Positions 20,619 through 30,283 are shown, counted from the stretch's first letter. The stretch is 64,000 bases of DNA from Sedimentisphaerales bacterium (GCA_963663805.2 CAXXMR010000020.1:1-64000), one strand, 5' to 3'. The notes: generated from the letters alone by a model not told the origin. Numbers and translations are program-made.

Positions 20619-21179
20619 ATGTCCGCGGAAGAGATTGCTCTAGATGCCGAAATGAAGATGGAAAAAGCGGTGGATTTTCTACGCAGCGAGTATCGCACGA
20701 TTCGTACGGGGCGGGCCTCAACGGCGCTGGTGGAGAATCTGAAGGTTGAATATTACGGGGCGCCTACGCCGCTGAAACAGTTGGCGAACCTTTCGACCCC
20801 GGAAGCGAATCTGATTGTTATCAAGCCCTTCGATACGAGCTGCATCAAGGATATTGAAAAGGCTGTTCAAGCTTCTTCGGTTGGTATTACGCCGCAGAGT
20901 GATGGCCGGATTATTCGTTTGAATGTGCCGGCACTGTCGGGCGAGCGGCGTCAGCAGTTGGCGACTCAGGTGCGGCAGATGGCCGAGCAGGCGCGGGTTG
21001 CTGTGCGAAATTTGCGTCGGGACGCTAATAAGGCGTTTGACCAGGCGGAAAAGGATAAGACCCTGACTGAAGATGACCGCGATGAAGGCAAGAAGGAAAT
21101 GGACGAGCTTACCAAAAAGTACACCGGCAAGATTGATGAACTGCTGAAGTCCAAAGAAGAAGAAATTATGGAAGTGTGA
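20619..21179 (+). CDS. frr: Ribosome recycling factor
   Basis: IRTGRAS, VEYYGAPTPL, RVAVRNLRRDAN, KEEEIMEV; located after pyrH. Confidence 0.98.
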   Translation: MSAEEIALDAEMKMEKAVDFLRSEYRTIRTGRASTALVENLKVEYYGAPTPLKQLANLSTPEANLIVIKPFDTSCIKDIEKAVQASSVGITPQSDGRIIRLNVPALSGERRQQLATQVRQMAEQARVAVRNLRRDANKAFDQAEKDKTLTEDDRDEGKKEMDELTKKYTGKIDELLKSKEEEIMEV

Positions 21180-21201
21180 TTGCTCTTTAATTGCAGGATT
21201 G

Positions 21202-21240
21202 AAGCCTCCGCCTTGATGAAAATCGGCGGGGGCTTTTTTT
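21202..21240 (+). terminator. Terminator of the rpsB-tsf-pyrH-frr operon
   Basis: AAGCCTCCGCC...GGCGGGGGCTT plus T-run. Confidence 0.8.
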
Positions 21241-21305
21241 GTGATGGCGGCGGGGCTAAACGAAAGCCAACTACGCTGAAAATTTTGCTCGGCAGTGGCC
21301 TGCCG

Positions 21306-22412
21306 TTAATCTGATTCCTGATATCTGATTTCTGAGGTCTTCTTAATCGGCAGCCGAACCGTAAAAACCGTACCCTGTTTAACCTTGCTCTGCACCGCGA
21401 TCATCCCGCCCAGCTCACTCACAATGCCATGCACCACCGAAAGACCCAGCCCCGCACAAGGCTGATTACCGCCCCCCGAAACGCCCCGCGTAGTAAAGAA
21501 CGGTTCGAATACATGCGGCAAGTCCTTAGACTCGATCCCCAGCCCCGAATCGCCGAAAGATATAACAATCTCATCCACATCCCGAAAAAGCTCAATCGTC
21601 AGCACTCCCCCGTTCGGCATAGCACACTCGGCGTTATCCAGCAAATGCCCGAACATCTGATGCATTCGCGAACCCGGAACTTCCACCACCGGCACCACAC
21701 AAAGATGGCTTTCCAGCATTATTCCTTTGTCCTGCAAGGGCCCCTCAATCAAACTGCAAAAAGTCAGCATCACTTCGTTAATATCGGACAAATCAAACTG
21801 ACGCATATCGCGCTCCGCGAACGTCAGCAGCGACTGAGTTATCTTGCCGATACGATTCGCCGCCTCCGCCGTCATTTGCAAAGCCCGCTGCGTCGATTGC
21901 GGATTGCCGCTGGTCAGAGCAAAATCCACAAAAGTCGCCACTCCTCCGATGATATTATTAAAATGATGAGCCACCCCCGAAGCCAGCGTGCCCACCGAAG
22001 CCAGCCGCTCTGCCTGAATCAACTGCCTCTCCAGATTCTTACTCCGCGTTATATCATGAACCCAAATCGCCAATCCCAGCAACTGACCCTCGTCATCGTG
22101 AACCGGCGTTATCACCACATCAAGCACCAGAGTCGCGTCTTTGCCCACGTGTTCAGTTTCAATCCCCCGCATCTTGCCGCTGGTCACAACTTCCTCGATT
22201 AACCGGTTGAACTCCCGCCGGTCTTTCTCCGCGATAACACCCACAACATGCCGCCCCAGCAGATGGCTAGCCTCCCGCTCAAACATCGCCTCCGCCGCCG
22301 GATTGCAATTAATCACCATCCCCTGACAATCAGTACCGATTATCGCCAGCCCCGCCGAATCGCACAAATGCCGATAATACCGACTCTGAATATTTTCCGA
22401 TTTATCTGTCAT
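21306..22412 (-). CDS. PAS-domain sensor histidine kinase (cytoplasmic)
   Basis: PAS (NPAAEAMF), H-box LASGVAHHFNN, LLDNAECAM, DSGLGI, FEPFFTT, GLGLSVV. Confidence 0.92.
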   Translation of the reverse strand: MTDKSENIQSRYYRHLCDSAGLAIIGTDCQGMVINCNPAAEAMFEREASHLLGRHVVGVIAEKDRREFNRLIEEVVTSGKMRGIETEHVGKDATLVLDVVITPVHDDEGQLLGLAIWVHDITRSKNLERQLIQAERLASVGTLASGVAHHFNNIIGGVATFVDFALTSGNPQSTQRALQMTAEAANRIGKITQSLLTFAERDMRQFDLSDINEVMLTFCSLIEGPLQDKGIMLESHLCVVPVVEVPGSRMHQMFGHLLDNAECAMPNGGVLTIELFRDVDEIVISFGDSGLGIESKDLPHVFEPFFTTRGVSGGGNQPCAGLGLSVVHGIVSELGGMIAVQSKVKQGTVFTVRLPIKKTSEIRYQESD

Positions 22413-22445
22413 ACCATCCCATTAAACCCAACCGACCGTATAATA

Positions 22446-23279
22446 TCAATATTTAACTATCGTCTCCATTTTCGGTATCAATACCGCCACCCGCTGAACC
22501 GCGACCGACTCCGCCTGACCCCGCAGCAGAACCTCACCCAGGTTACCCACGGCCTGCTCTTTCGGCAACGCCCGAATCACAACAAACTGACCCACCCGCA
22601 AACGACCCCGCACCAGCAGAGAATCAAAAATCGTCTGCGGCTTCTCATTATAATAGCGTAAATGCCCCCCTTCGTCCCGCCGATAGCCGCCCTGCGAAAC
22701 ATCACCTTCAAAAGCCGGCACCATAAAAAAACGTATCTCCTTTTCTTCGCTCACCGGCACACAGCTAACCCGCAGCACCGCCCGACCCGCCGTCAATGAC
22801 TGACCTTTGACCCGTCCCTTATCTGCCCGAAAAACCGAACTGCCCTCCGGCTGATAGACCATTTCAAATATCGCCAGCTCATCAACATTACGAAAATACG
22901 TCACCGACTGAGAAACATTCCGCCCTCCCGCATCCAGCAGCTTCTGATACAGCCCAGGCCATAAATCCGCCGGCAGCACCATTATCTCCATCCCGTTCAG
23001 CCGCCAGTTCTGAATATCATCCTTCGCGAACCCCGTACCATCCAACGCCACATCATTAGGTCCCGCCAGCCCAAAAGCCTGCCCCCCCAAATCAACATCG
23101 CCCGGCAGCTCCATCGGATAATAACCGCAGCTCACCAGCAGAGTTTCAACCCCTTCGCCCCGCGAACCCTCAGACCGAAAAGGACTCTGTTCAGCCAGCC
23201 GATTTATCTCCGGCTCCGGCCCGCAGCCCGCCAGAAAAAACAACAGCAAAACCAAAATTGGCCCGCAATAAAACCGCAT
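22446..23279 (-). CDS. Hypothetical lipoprotein
   Basis: Lipobox LLFFLAGC after a hydrophobic signal. Start at ATG 23279 with GAGG SD. Confidence 0.7.
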   Translation of the reverse strand: MRFYCGPILVLLLFFLAGCGPEPEINRLAEQSPFRSEGSRGEGVETLLVSCGYYPMELPGDVDLGGQAFGLAGPNDVALDGTGFAKDDIQNWRLNGMEIMVLPADLWPGLYQKLLDAGGRNVSQSVTYFRNVDELAIFEMVYQPEGSSVFRADKGRVKGQSLTAGRAVLRVSCVPVSEEKEIRFFMVPAFEGDVSQGGYRRDEGGHLRYYNEKPQTIFDSLLVRGRLRVGQFVVIRALPKEQAVGNLGEVLLRGQAESVAVQRVAVLIPKMETIVKY

Positions 23280-23346
23280 CCTCAACCCCCACTCCGTTTG
23301 GGTGGCAGCTTCTTGCAAAGCAAGGAACTGGTTATGTACCAATTAC

Positions 23347-23558
23347 GCAAGCGACCAACGGGAGTGTCAAATACGCCAAACGCCCGTGGCGATTTATAAG
23401 TGCGATACGCACCTCGGCCAAAGGCCGAAACCTCGCCGTTTACTCTTGCCTCATCCCTCATCCCTCTTGCCTTCCGTCAAATAAAAACCTTCGACCGCAG
23501 GTCGAAACCACGCCGTTCACTCTTGCCTCATCCCTCATGCCTCATGCCTTCTTCTTGC
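23347..23558. repeat. Composite intergenic repeat (heptamer tracts plus hairpin modules), copy 1
   Basis: Shares GGGAG(T/C)GTCAAATACGCCAAACG...GTGCGATACGCAC and TCGACCGCAGGTCGAAACC(A/T)CGCCGT with 56811-56931. Also has CTCTTGC/CTCATCC/CTCATGC heptamer runs. Confidence 0.85.
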
Positions 23559-23563
23559 ATTTG

Positions 23564-24910
23564 CTAATCGTCCTGTTCTTCCTGACCATGATGATGACGC
23601 AGTAACAAAAGTATCGGCACCTCATTATAAGGCAGCAGTTCCCGCATCCGGTTCACCAGAAAACGCTGATAGTTCTCATCAAAAAACTGAGGATTATTCA
23701 CAAACAGCAGCAGCGTCGGCGGACAAACCGCAACCTGAGTGGCATAATAAATCCGCGGAATACCAACCTTACGCCGTGCCGAAGGAACCCGCTCGCCGGT
23801 GACAGCCTTGATCGCCCGGTTCAGTTGCCCCGTTGTGACCTCATAGGTCGCCTGCTTATACAGCTCAATCGCCAAATCAACCAGCGACTGCACATTCTTA
23901 CCCGTCTGAGCCGTTATAAAACATATCGGAGCATAGCCCAGACCCGGCAGCATTTTATCGATATAGTCCCCGTAATCATCCGTCGTCGCCCGCTCCGCCG
24001 CCAGGTCCCATTTGTTCACCACGATGATACAAGGCTTAGCTTCATCCGAAATATATCGAGCCAGCTTCTTGTCAACCTGCGAAATCGTCTCCGCCGCGTC
24101 AATAAACAAGGCCACAACATCCGCCCGACGCACCGAACGAGTCGCCCGCGTATAGCTGTAATAATCTATGCTGCTGTTTATCATCTGTTTTTTCTTACGC
24201 ACTCCCGCCGTGTCGATCGCGATAAAACTCCGCCCGTCAATCTCAAACTGAACATCAACCGAGTCACGCGTCGTCCCTGCAACCTCACTGACAATCACCC
24301 GCTCTTCGCCCGCCAGACAATTAATAAACGTACTCTTGCCGGCGTTCCGCTTTCCCACAACCGCCAGCTTCATAACCGTATCCGCGGGCCGCGAAGTATC
24401 CATCCCCTCCAGAGCATCAAGCCGATTCAGAATCGCCTCAACCAGTGCCGCCCGATTTCGGCCATGCTCCGCCGAGACACATACCGGCCCGCCAAAACCC
24501 AGACTGTAAAATACCCCCGCCTGATCCTCCAAGCCCGGCGAATCCGCTTTGTTGGCCACCAGCATAACATTCAAATCCTGAACCCGAAGCATCTGGGCCA
24601 TCTTCTCGTCCAGCGTAGCGATGCCCTCCCGAACATCAACCACAAACAGCAGTAAATCCGCCCGGTTAATCGCCTGAGCAATCTGACTCTCAACATGCTC
24701 GGTCAGATTGTCATGATCTTCGATACCATAACCGCCCGTATCGACCAGTTCAAAATAACGACCATCCAGCTCGATAACCGCGCTGACCCGGTCCCGTGTC
24801 ACACCCGCCGTAGGCTCAACAATACTTATCATCTTGCCCGCCAGAGCATTGAGCAGGCTGCTCTTGCCAACATTCGGACGACCTACAATTGCCACAGTGG
24901 GTAATGCCAT
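23564..24910 (-). CDS. der: Ribosome biogenesis GTPase Der/EngA
   Basis: Two G domains: GRPNVGKS/DTGG/NKAD and GKRNAGKS/DTAG/NKWD. Confidence 0.97.
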   Translation of the reverse strand: MALPTVAIVGRPNVGKSSLLNALAGKMISIVEPTAGVTRDRVSAVIELDGRYFELVDTGGYGIEDHDNLTEHVESQIAQAINRADLLLFVVDVREGIATLDEKMAQMLRVQDLNVMLVANKADSPGLEDQAGVFYSLGFGGPVCVSAEHGRNRAALVEAILNRLDALEGMDTSRPADTVMKLAVVGKRNAGKSTFINCLAGEERVIVSEVAGTTRDSVDVQFEIDGRSFIAIDTAGVRKKKQMINSSIDYYSYTRATRSVRRADVVALFIDAAETISQVDKKLARYISDEAKPCIIVVNKWDLAAERATTDDYGDYIDKMLPGLGYAPICFITAQTGKNVQSLVDLAIELYKQATYEVTTGQLNRAIKAVTGERVPSARRKVGIPRIYYATQVAVCPPTLLLFVNNPQFFDENYQRFLVNRMRELLPYNEVPILLLLRHHHGQEEQDD

Positions 24911-24920
24911 AAATTTCTCC

Positions 24921-25116
24921 TGAATTTTGCAAAATGACAGTTTGGCATACCTAATTTAACGCAATTTGATTTTTAATTGGCTCGAATTGAAGATTAAATC
25001 AAATTGCGTTAAATTACTAAACCGTTAAATACCATAAAAGGCACAAAATCAAAAAAAACAACACCGCGTCTTTTTTTTACTTGAAAGTATGCCAAATTGT
25101 TATTTTGCAAAACTCC
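24921..25116. mobile_element. MITE-like element with nested inverted repeats
   Basis: Outer IR 24925-24950 / 25087-25112 (24 of 26 match); perfect inner 21-bp IR 24952-24972 / 24996-25016; flanking AATTTCTCC / AATTTCTCT direct repeat. Confidence 0.55.
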
Positions 25117-25129
25117 AATTTCTCTTAAT

Positions 25130-25330
25130 TTAAGAATGTATCTTCAGCCAGGAACGCCTGAAAGCGCCCCGTATTTTCTCGTTAAATCGTACACCAATAC
25201 GCCGCGTATCACCGCCAAACTCCAGCTTCCGCATCGTCGCCGAATCCGACCAAACCCGCCGCAGATTCCGTTTCCATATCAGCCCCGCCGCCAGCAAACC
25301 GATAATTTTTCCGCCGCGTCGCTGTCTCAT
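25130..25330 (-). CDS. Possible small basic protein
   Basis: 66-aa ORF whose ATG follows the upstream stop by 1 nt (TAG-C-ATG). No recognisable motif. Confidence 0.3.
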   Translation of the reverse strand: MRQRRGGKIIGLLAAGLIWKRNLRRVWSDSATMRKLEFGGDTRRIGVRFNEKIRGAFRRSWLKIHS

Positions 25331-25331
25331 G

Positions 25332-25913
25332 CTATCTTTGCAATTCTATACCAACGCAAGCCAGCAGTTCATCCCGCCCCCGGCACCGCATCACGTCATT
25401 AGCCGTCAACTGCTTCTCCGCCCGCCGCTCTGCCTTGCTTTCGTAATAGCGACTAACCTGCGAAATACCCGCGTCAACCGCACCCTCGCCGCGAAATTCA
25501 CTTCCGCTCAGCCACTTGCCCACCTGATGCTCATACTCCGCCGGATATATCAGCCCTATCAGTAAAGTACCATCTTCCAGCTTCGCCAGATGCAGCTTCG
25601 CCCGACAGGGTGGACGATTTTCTTCCGACCAGCCGCACAAATATTCATAATCACGCCGCCCCGTCTCTTCCGTCCGACAGTGGAAAAACATCCCGCTTTC
25701 CAACCCGAACTTCTCACGCGCCACCCCTACAATTTCCATACTGCCGTCAGGCCGAGCCCCATAAATCCGGTAAACCTTAGCCTCAGCAAAACGCTCCGAT
25801 TCCAGCAATACCGCAACCTCGTCAGCCGTATAACCCATCGCGCAGCTATCACCAAAATCTATTATATAAAGATCAACATAATCCCCCGCCCGTTCCGTCT
25901 CTGGTATCTTCAT
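25332..25913 (-). CDS. Conserved-looking hypothetical protein
   Basis: Coherent ORF in the tyrS-der gene string. The 5' extension to 25958 runs into a repeat, so the start is placed at MKIPE. Confidence 0.7.
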   Translation of the reverse strand: MKIPETERAGDYVDLYIIDFGDSCAMGYTADEVAVLLESERFAEAKVYRIYGARPDGSMEIVGVAREKFGLESGMFFHCRTEETGRRDYEYLCGWSEENRPPCRAKLHLAKLEDGTLLIGLIYPAEYEHQVGKWLSGSEFRGEGAVDAGISQVSRYYESKAERRAEKQLTANDVMRCRGRDELLACVGIELQR

Positions 25914-25949
25914 CTCATTACCGTACCCATAATATATATTTTTCACAAT

Positions 25950-25997
25950 GCCGTTCACTCTTGCCTCTTGCCTCTTGCCTCATCCCTCTTGCCTTCT
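25950..25997. repeat. Heptamer tandem tract directly after the tyrS stop
   Basis: GCCGTTCA-CTCTTGC-CTCTTGC-CTCTTGC-CTCATCC-CTCTTGC-CTTCT; same module as 23512-23558. Confidence 0.85.
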
Positions 25998-27269
25998 TCA
26001 TCCAAACTTCAGCAAATGATACTTCTTCTTCCCGCTCCGCAATACCATAATCGTCTCCGACGCCAGGTCCGCCGTCTTCAGCACATAATCCAGCTCGCCC
26101 ATCCGAACATTATTCACATACGCACCACCTGCTTTAATCAGCTTCTTCGCGTCCCCACGCGAACTGCAAAGTTTGCTTTCCGTAAGAGCATCCAGCAGCC
26201 CCAGACCTTCGTCGAGCTTATCACGCGACAGTGACGTACTGGGCACATCCGCGAAAATACTGCTCAAATCCGCGTCTGACAAACCTTCAATCTCCTGCCC
26301 GAACAAAACCTGAGAAGCCTTGACCGCAACCCCCAACAGCTCCTCGCCGTGTACCAGCCGGGTAACTTCCTCCGCCAACACCGCCTGAGCCTCACGCTTT
26401 TCGGGCCGCTCCGCGACCGCCTTCTCCAGCTCACCAATCCGCTCCATCGGCAGATAAGTAAACCGCTTCAGCAAACTAATCACATCCCGGTCATCACAGC
26501 GCATCCAGTACTGATAAAATTCGTAAGGACTGGTCCGCGCCGCGTCCAGCCAGATCGTACCCGCTTCGGTCTTGCCAAACTTCTGACCGCTCGCCGTCGT
26601 AATCAAAGGTGAAGTCAAACCATAAACCCCCGCTCCCGCCAGCTTCCGGGTCAGGTCAATCCCCGCCGTAATATTGCCCCACTGGTCATCGCCGCCCACC
26701 TGCAAAACGCAGTTATGCTCACGATAAAGATGCAGAAAATCATACCCCTGCAAAAGCTGATAACTGAACTCCGTAAAGCTCATCCCCACGTCACTGTTAA
26801 GCCGTTTGCGAACCGATTCTTTGGCCATCATCTCACCCACCCGAAAATATTTCCCCACGTCCCGCAGAAACTCCACAAAACTGAACTTGCCAATCCAGTC
26901 CGCGTTATTTACCAGCAAAGCCGAATTATCCCCGCAATCGAAATCCAGAAACTGCTTTAGCTGCTTCTTAATCCCCTCAAGATTTCGAGCAATAGTAGCT
27001 TCATCCAGCAGATTTCGCTCCGCGTTCTTACCGGACGGGTCGCCAATCATCGCCGTTGCCCCGCCCACCAAAGCCACAGGCCGATGGCCATGTCGCTGAA
27101 ATTGCGACAACAACATTATTTGCAATAAGTTCCCAATATGCAAACTTTCAGCCGTCGGGTCAAAACCTGCATAAAGCGTAACCGAAGAAGCCAGCTTGCC
27201 GGCCATATCAGCATCAGATTTCTGACTGACAAACCCCCGCTCACTCAAAGTCGCCATCACATTCGTCAC
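25998..27269 (-). CDS. tyrS: Tyrosine--tRNA ligase
   Basis: YAGFDPTAESLHIGN (HIGH motif), EFSYQLLQGYD, GGDDQWGNI, KFGKT and a C-terminal S4 domain. Start approximate. Confidence 0.97.
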   Translation of the reverse strand: MTNVMATLSERGFVSQKSDADMAGKLASSVTLYAGFDPTAESLHIGNLLQIMLLSQFQRHGHRPVALVGGATAMIGDPSGKNAERNLLDEATIARNLEGIKKQLKQFLDFDCGDNSALLVNNADWIGKFSFVEFLRDVGKYFRVGEMMAKESVRKRLNSDVGMSFTEFSYQLLQGYDFLHLYREHNCVLQVGGDDQWGNITAGIDLTRKLAGAGVYGLTSPLITTASGQKFGKTEAGTIWLDAARTSPYEFYQYWMRCDDRDVISLLKRFTYLPMERIGELEKAVAERPEKREAQAVLAEEVTRLVHGEELLGVAVKASQVLFGQEIEGLSDADLSSIFADVPSTSLSRDKLDEGLGLLDALTESKLCSSRGDAKKLIKAGGAYVNNVRMGELDYVLKTADLASETIMVLRSGKKKYHLLKFG

Positions 27270-27551
27270 TGCATCTTTCTCCGCTAAAACCACAATCTGC
27301 CCTTGGAACGGTGCATCATACCGCAATCCCCCCATAAATCAACATTTTACAGAAAAACCCCAACAGGAACCAAGCCGCGTGAGCAGCCGGATTCGACCAC
27401 CAACCCCAAAATAAATGCAAACCGCCAACAAAAACGCAATTTTTTCGTAAAAAACTAAAAAAAAACCAACAAAAACGTCAAAAATCAGCCTCTTCAAGCC
27501 CTTACGCGTCGATTTTTACTACTTTTCAGCGACTCTCCACCGCCTTTACCA

Positions 27552-27878
27552 CTACCTAAGCGTCTGCAATACAACCAGCATCGCCCCCCCGCCAGCTACA
27601 TCCAAATCGACCCGCACCACCCCCTCACCCTCCTCAATAATCTCATAAGTACCTCTCATTACAATAGATACCGACCCTCGACCACCGCTTATCTCCCCTT
27701 CATAACTAAGATACTCCAGCCGATGGTCAAATATCTGCTCCGCCGCCACCGCCCCCCCCAACCACCCCTCAGGCCCCACCAGCAACCGCCAAGTCTCCAA
27801 TCCCCCCACTTTTTCCAGCATTAAATCCCAGTGTACCCCATCCTTATTAACATGTTCCTGCACCACAAATCTATTCAT
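27552..27878 (-). CDS. Stand-alone LigD-type 3'-phosphoesterase domain protein
   Basis: FVVQEH...HWDLMLE...TWRL...DHRLEYLSYEGEISGGRGSV...GTY matches the LigD N-terminal PE signature. Confidence 0.85.
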   Translation of the reverse strand: MNRFVVQEHVNKDGVHWDLMLEKVGGLETWRLLVGPEGWLGGAVAAEQIFDHRLEYLSYEGEISGGRGSVSIVMRGTYEIIEEGEGVVRVDLDVAGGGAMLVVLQTLR

Positions 27879-28048
27879 ATTAACTCTTTATGTGCCGAAC
27901 GCTTGTACCTCAGGCTTCTTGGCGGGTGGTGCAACTCCAAAATTTTCTAATTGTCCCAGCTCAGCCGCCTGACTATCATTTACACGTAAACTGTTAGAAT
28001 AACACCTTTTCAGTCGATTGTAAATATAGCCCACCGGGAGCAAAAAAA

Positions 28049-28498
28049 ATGATTCGTACCGCCAAACTAGCTGACGTCCCCGCTATCCGAGACCTTATCA
28101 ACTCCTACGCTGAGTTGGAGAGGATGCTATTTCGTTCCCTGGCCGAGATTTACGAAACCCTGCGTAACTTCCGCGTCTGCGAACTCGACGGCAAGATTGT
28201 CGGCTGTTGTGCCCTTCAGGTCATGTGGTCCGACCTGGCCGAGGTCAAATCACTCGTCGTCCACGAAGATTATCAGGGGCAAGGCATCGGTGCCCAGCTC
28301 GTCCAGGCCGTCCTCGAAGACGCTCGGCAACTGGGCCTTCCCAAAGTATTCGCACTAACCCTGGAGAAAAATTTCTTCGAAAAAATAGGCTTCCATCTCA
28401 TAAAAAAAGAAGAATTACCCATGAAAGTCTGGTCCGACTGCGTAAGCTGCCCCAAACAGGACCACTGCGACGAAATCGCGGTAATGAAGGTTTTTTAG
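28049..28498 (+). CDS. Short GNAT N-acetyltransferase (ArgA-like amino-acid acetyltransferase)
   Basis: IRTAKLADV...LAEVKSLVV...YQGQGIG...LPMKVWSDCVSCPKQDHCDEIA is typical of the short N-acetylglutamate synthase-like family. Confidence 0.85.
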   Translation: MIRTAKLADVPAIRDLINSYAELERMLFRSLAEIYETLRNFRVCELDGKIVGCCALQVMWSDLAEVKSLVVHEDYQGQGIGAQLVQAVLEDARQLGLPKVFALTLEKNFFEKIGFHLIKKEELPMKVWSDCVSCPKQDHCDEIAVMKVF

Positions 28499-28765
28499 AC
28501 TTTTACACAACAATTATGTCACACGAATATTAACGCAATCCTTTACATGTGACATTATTGTCAGGCTTCGGGAGCATATTTGTCGAGCCAAACATCATAC
28601 TATCTCCTCTGACATACCAAATTGGTTGCCTAAACAAAACTAATATGCCCGAGGATTGAGTCGGCCCCGTAGATTATTTCTTGACACCTTGCTTTGCCAG
28701 ATGTAATTTTGACGACTTTGGTTGCCTGCTTGCTCAGGCACCCGCAAAACAGTGCCGAGATTTGC

Positions 28766-29059
28766 ATGTCTGAGAACAAGACAGCGTCGGAAAAAGGCTT
28801 GATAAGAAAAGCCCCAGAGGACAACCCCCGGGGCCAGCGTTATTTCGGTTCAATAGAGAAAAGCGACCGAAGCTCTTTACGCTGGCTTAGTTATGGAATA
28901 GAGTTTACAGGTGTTCTGGGACTCTTTACGTATGGCGGCTATTGGGCCGACCAAAAGTTAAATAACCAGGGTCCCTGGCTGATGATTACCGGCCTGCTGA
29001 TAGGGCTGGTTGGTATGATATATTTGCTGATTAAGGAAACTTGCTTGCTGAATAAGTAA
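28766..29059 (+). CDS. AtpZ/AtpI-family ATP synthase protein I
   Basis: GIEF...GGYWADQKLN...PWLMITGLLIG two-helix pattern; first gene of the atp operon. Confidence 0.8.
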   Translation: MSENKTASEKGLIRKAPEDNPRGQRYFGSIEKSDRSSLRWLSYGIEFTGVLGLFTYGGYWADQKLNNQGPWLMITGLLIGLVGMIYLLIKETCLLNK

Positions 29060-29122
29060 GTCGTTTTCCATCAGCGTTAAAGTTGATAGAGTTTCCGCTA
29101 AAAGCGGGATGGAAGCGACAAT

Positions 29123-29914
29123 ATGCTGAGTTTCAATATACTGGCATCGGAAAATCCGCTTGATCATGTGGTACAGCATGAGCTGTTCCGCATCGGTGAT
29201 TTTGTCGTTAGCAACCATGTCCTTATGGTATTGCTTGCCGCGATTCTTATGCTGATCATTCTGCCCCGGGCCGCCCGTCGTGACGGACTGGTACCCAAAG
29301 GCCTGGCAAATCTCATCGAAAGCATCTGCCTCTATCTCCGCGAAGAAGTCGCCCGGCCCGCGCTCAAGGAACATACCGACAAATTCATTAAATATCTCTG
29401 GACCCTTTTCTTCTTCATCCTGTTCTGCAACCTGATAGGCATGATTCCGCTGGCGGGAATTGTGTATTTCCTATCCGGCACAAAATTAAGCAATATTGGC
29501 GGAACCGCCACCGCGAATATATGGATAACCGGCACTCTGGCGATGGTTTCATTTTTTATGATTCACATTTGCGGCATCCGCCAGCAGGGCATAGCCAGCT
29601 ATATGAAACATTTCATACCGCCGGTTCCCTGGCCTTTAGTTCCGCTGATGTTTGTTCTTGAGTTTATCGCCGCCTTAATCAAACCTTTTGCACTGGCCAT
29701 TCGTTTATTCGCGAATATGGTCGCCGGCCATACGGTTATCGCGGCTTTGCTCAGTCTGATTTTTATGGCCAAGAGCTATTCCGTCGGGGCAGTAACTGTC
29801 GCTGGATGTGCGGCGTTGAGTATATTGGAACTTTTTACCGCGGTATTGCAGGCGTATATTTTTGTATTTTTGACCACGCTGTTTATCTCCGCGGCCATTG
29901 AACCAGAACATTGA
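29123..29914 (+). CDS. atpB: ATP synthase F0 subunit a
   Basis: NLIGMIP, TATAN, KPFALAIRLFANMVAGH, LQAYIFVFLT. Confidence 0.97.
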   Translation: MLSFNILASENPLDHVVQHELFRIGDFVVSNHVLMVLLAAILMLIILPRAARRDGLVPKGLANLIESICLYLREEVARPALKEHTDKFIKYLWTLFFFILFCNLIGMIPLAGIVYFLSGTKLSNIGGTATANIWITGTLAMVSFFMIHICGIRQQGIASYMKHFIPPVPWPLVPLMFVLEFIAALIKPFALAIRLFANMVAGHTVIAALLSLIFMAKSYSVGAVTVAGCAALSILELFTAVLQAYIFVFLTTLFISAAIEPEH

Positions 29915-29986
29915 ACGTTCGATGTGGAACGTTGATATATAGTAACCGTAACGTATTTTAGGTTTTAGCAACCTGGAGGTACAAAG

Positions 29987-30283
29987 ATGCTGGAAGCATT
30001 GATGTTGGCAGAAGCCGTAGCCGAAGCGGCAGCAGGTGCACATGAATGGGTCGATATTGTCGCTAATATTGGATTGAATGTATTAGGCGGCACGCTGGGC
30101 TGCGGTCTTATCGTTTTTGGTGCCAGTCGCGGTATAGGCGAGCTGGCCGGCAAAGCGGTAGAATCCATCGCCCGTCAGCCCGAAGCAGGCAATCGGATTT
30201 TTACGACCATGATCATCGCAGCGGCACTTATTGAAGGTTTTACCTTTTTTGCCCTGGTTGTGTGTTTGATCGCGACACTATAA
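29987..30283 (+). CDS. atpE: ATP synthase F0 subunit c
   Basis: GxGxxxxGxxxGIG helix, IARQPE loop, AALIEG carboxylate. Confidence 0.97.
   Translation: MLEALMLAEAVAEAAAGAHEWVDIVANIGLNVLGGTLGCGLIVFGASRGIGELAGKAVESIARQPEAGNRIFTTMIIAAALIEGFTFFALVVCLIATL

Noticed and set aside
29987..30283. Na+-translocating or N-type ATPase
   Set aside because: Subunit c lacks the Gln...Glu-Ser/Thr Na+ signature (it reads IEGF), and the operon has standard order including the delta subunit.
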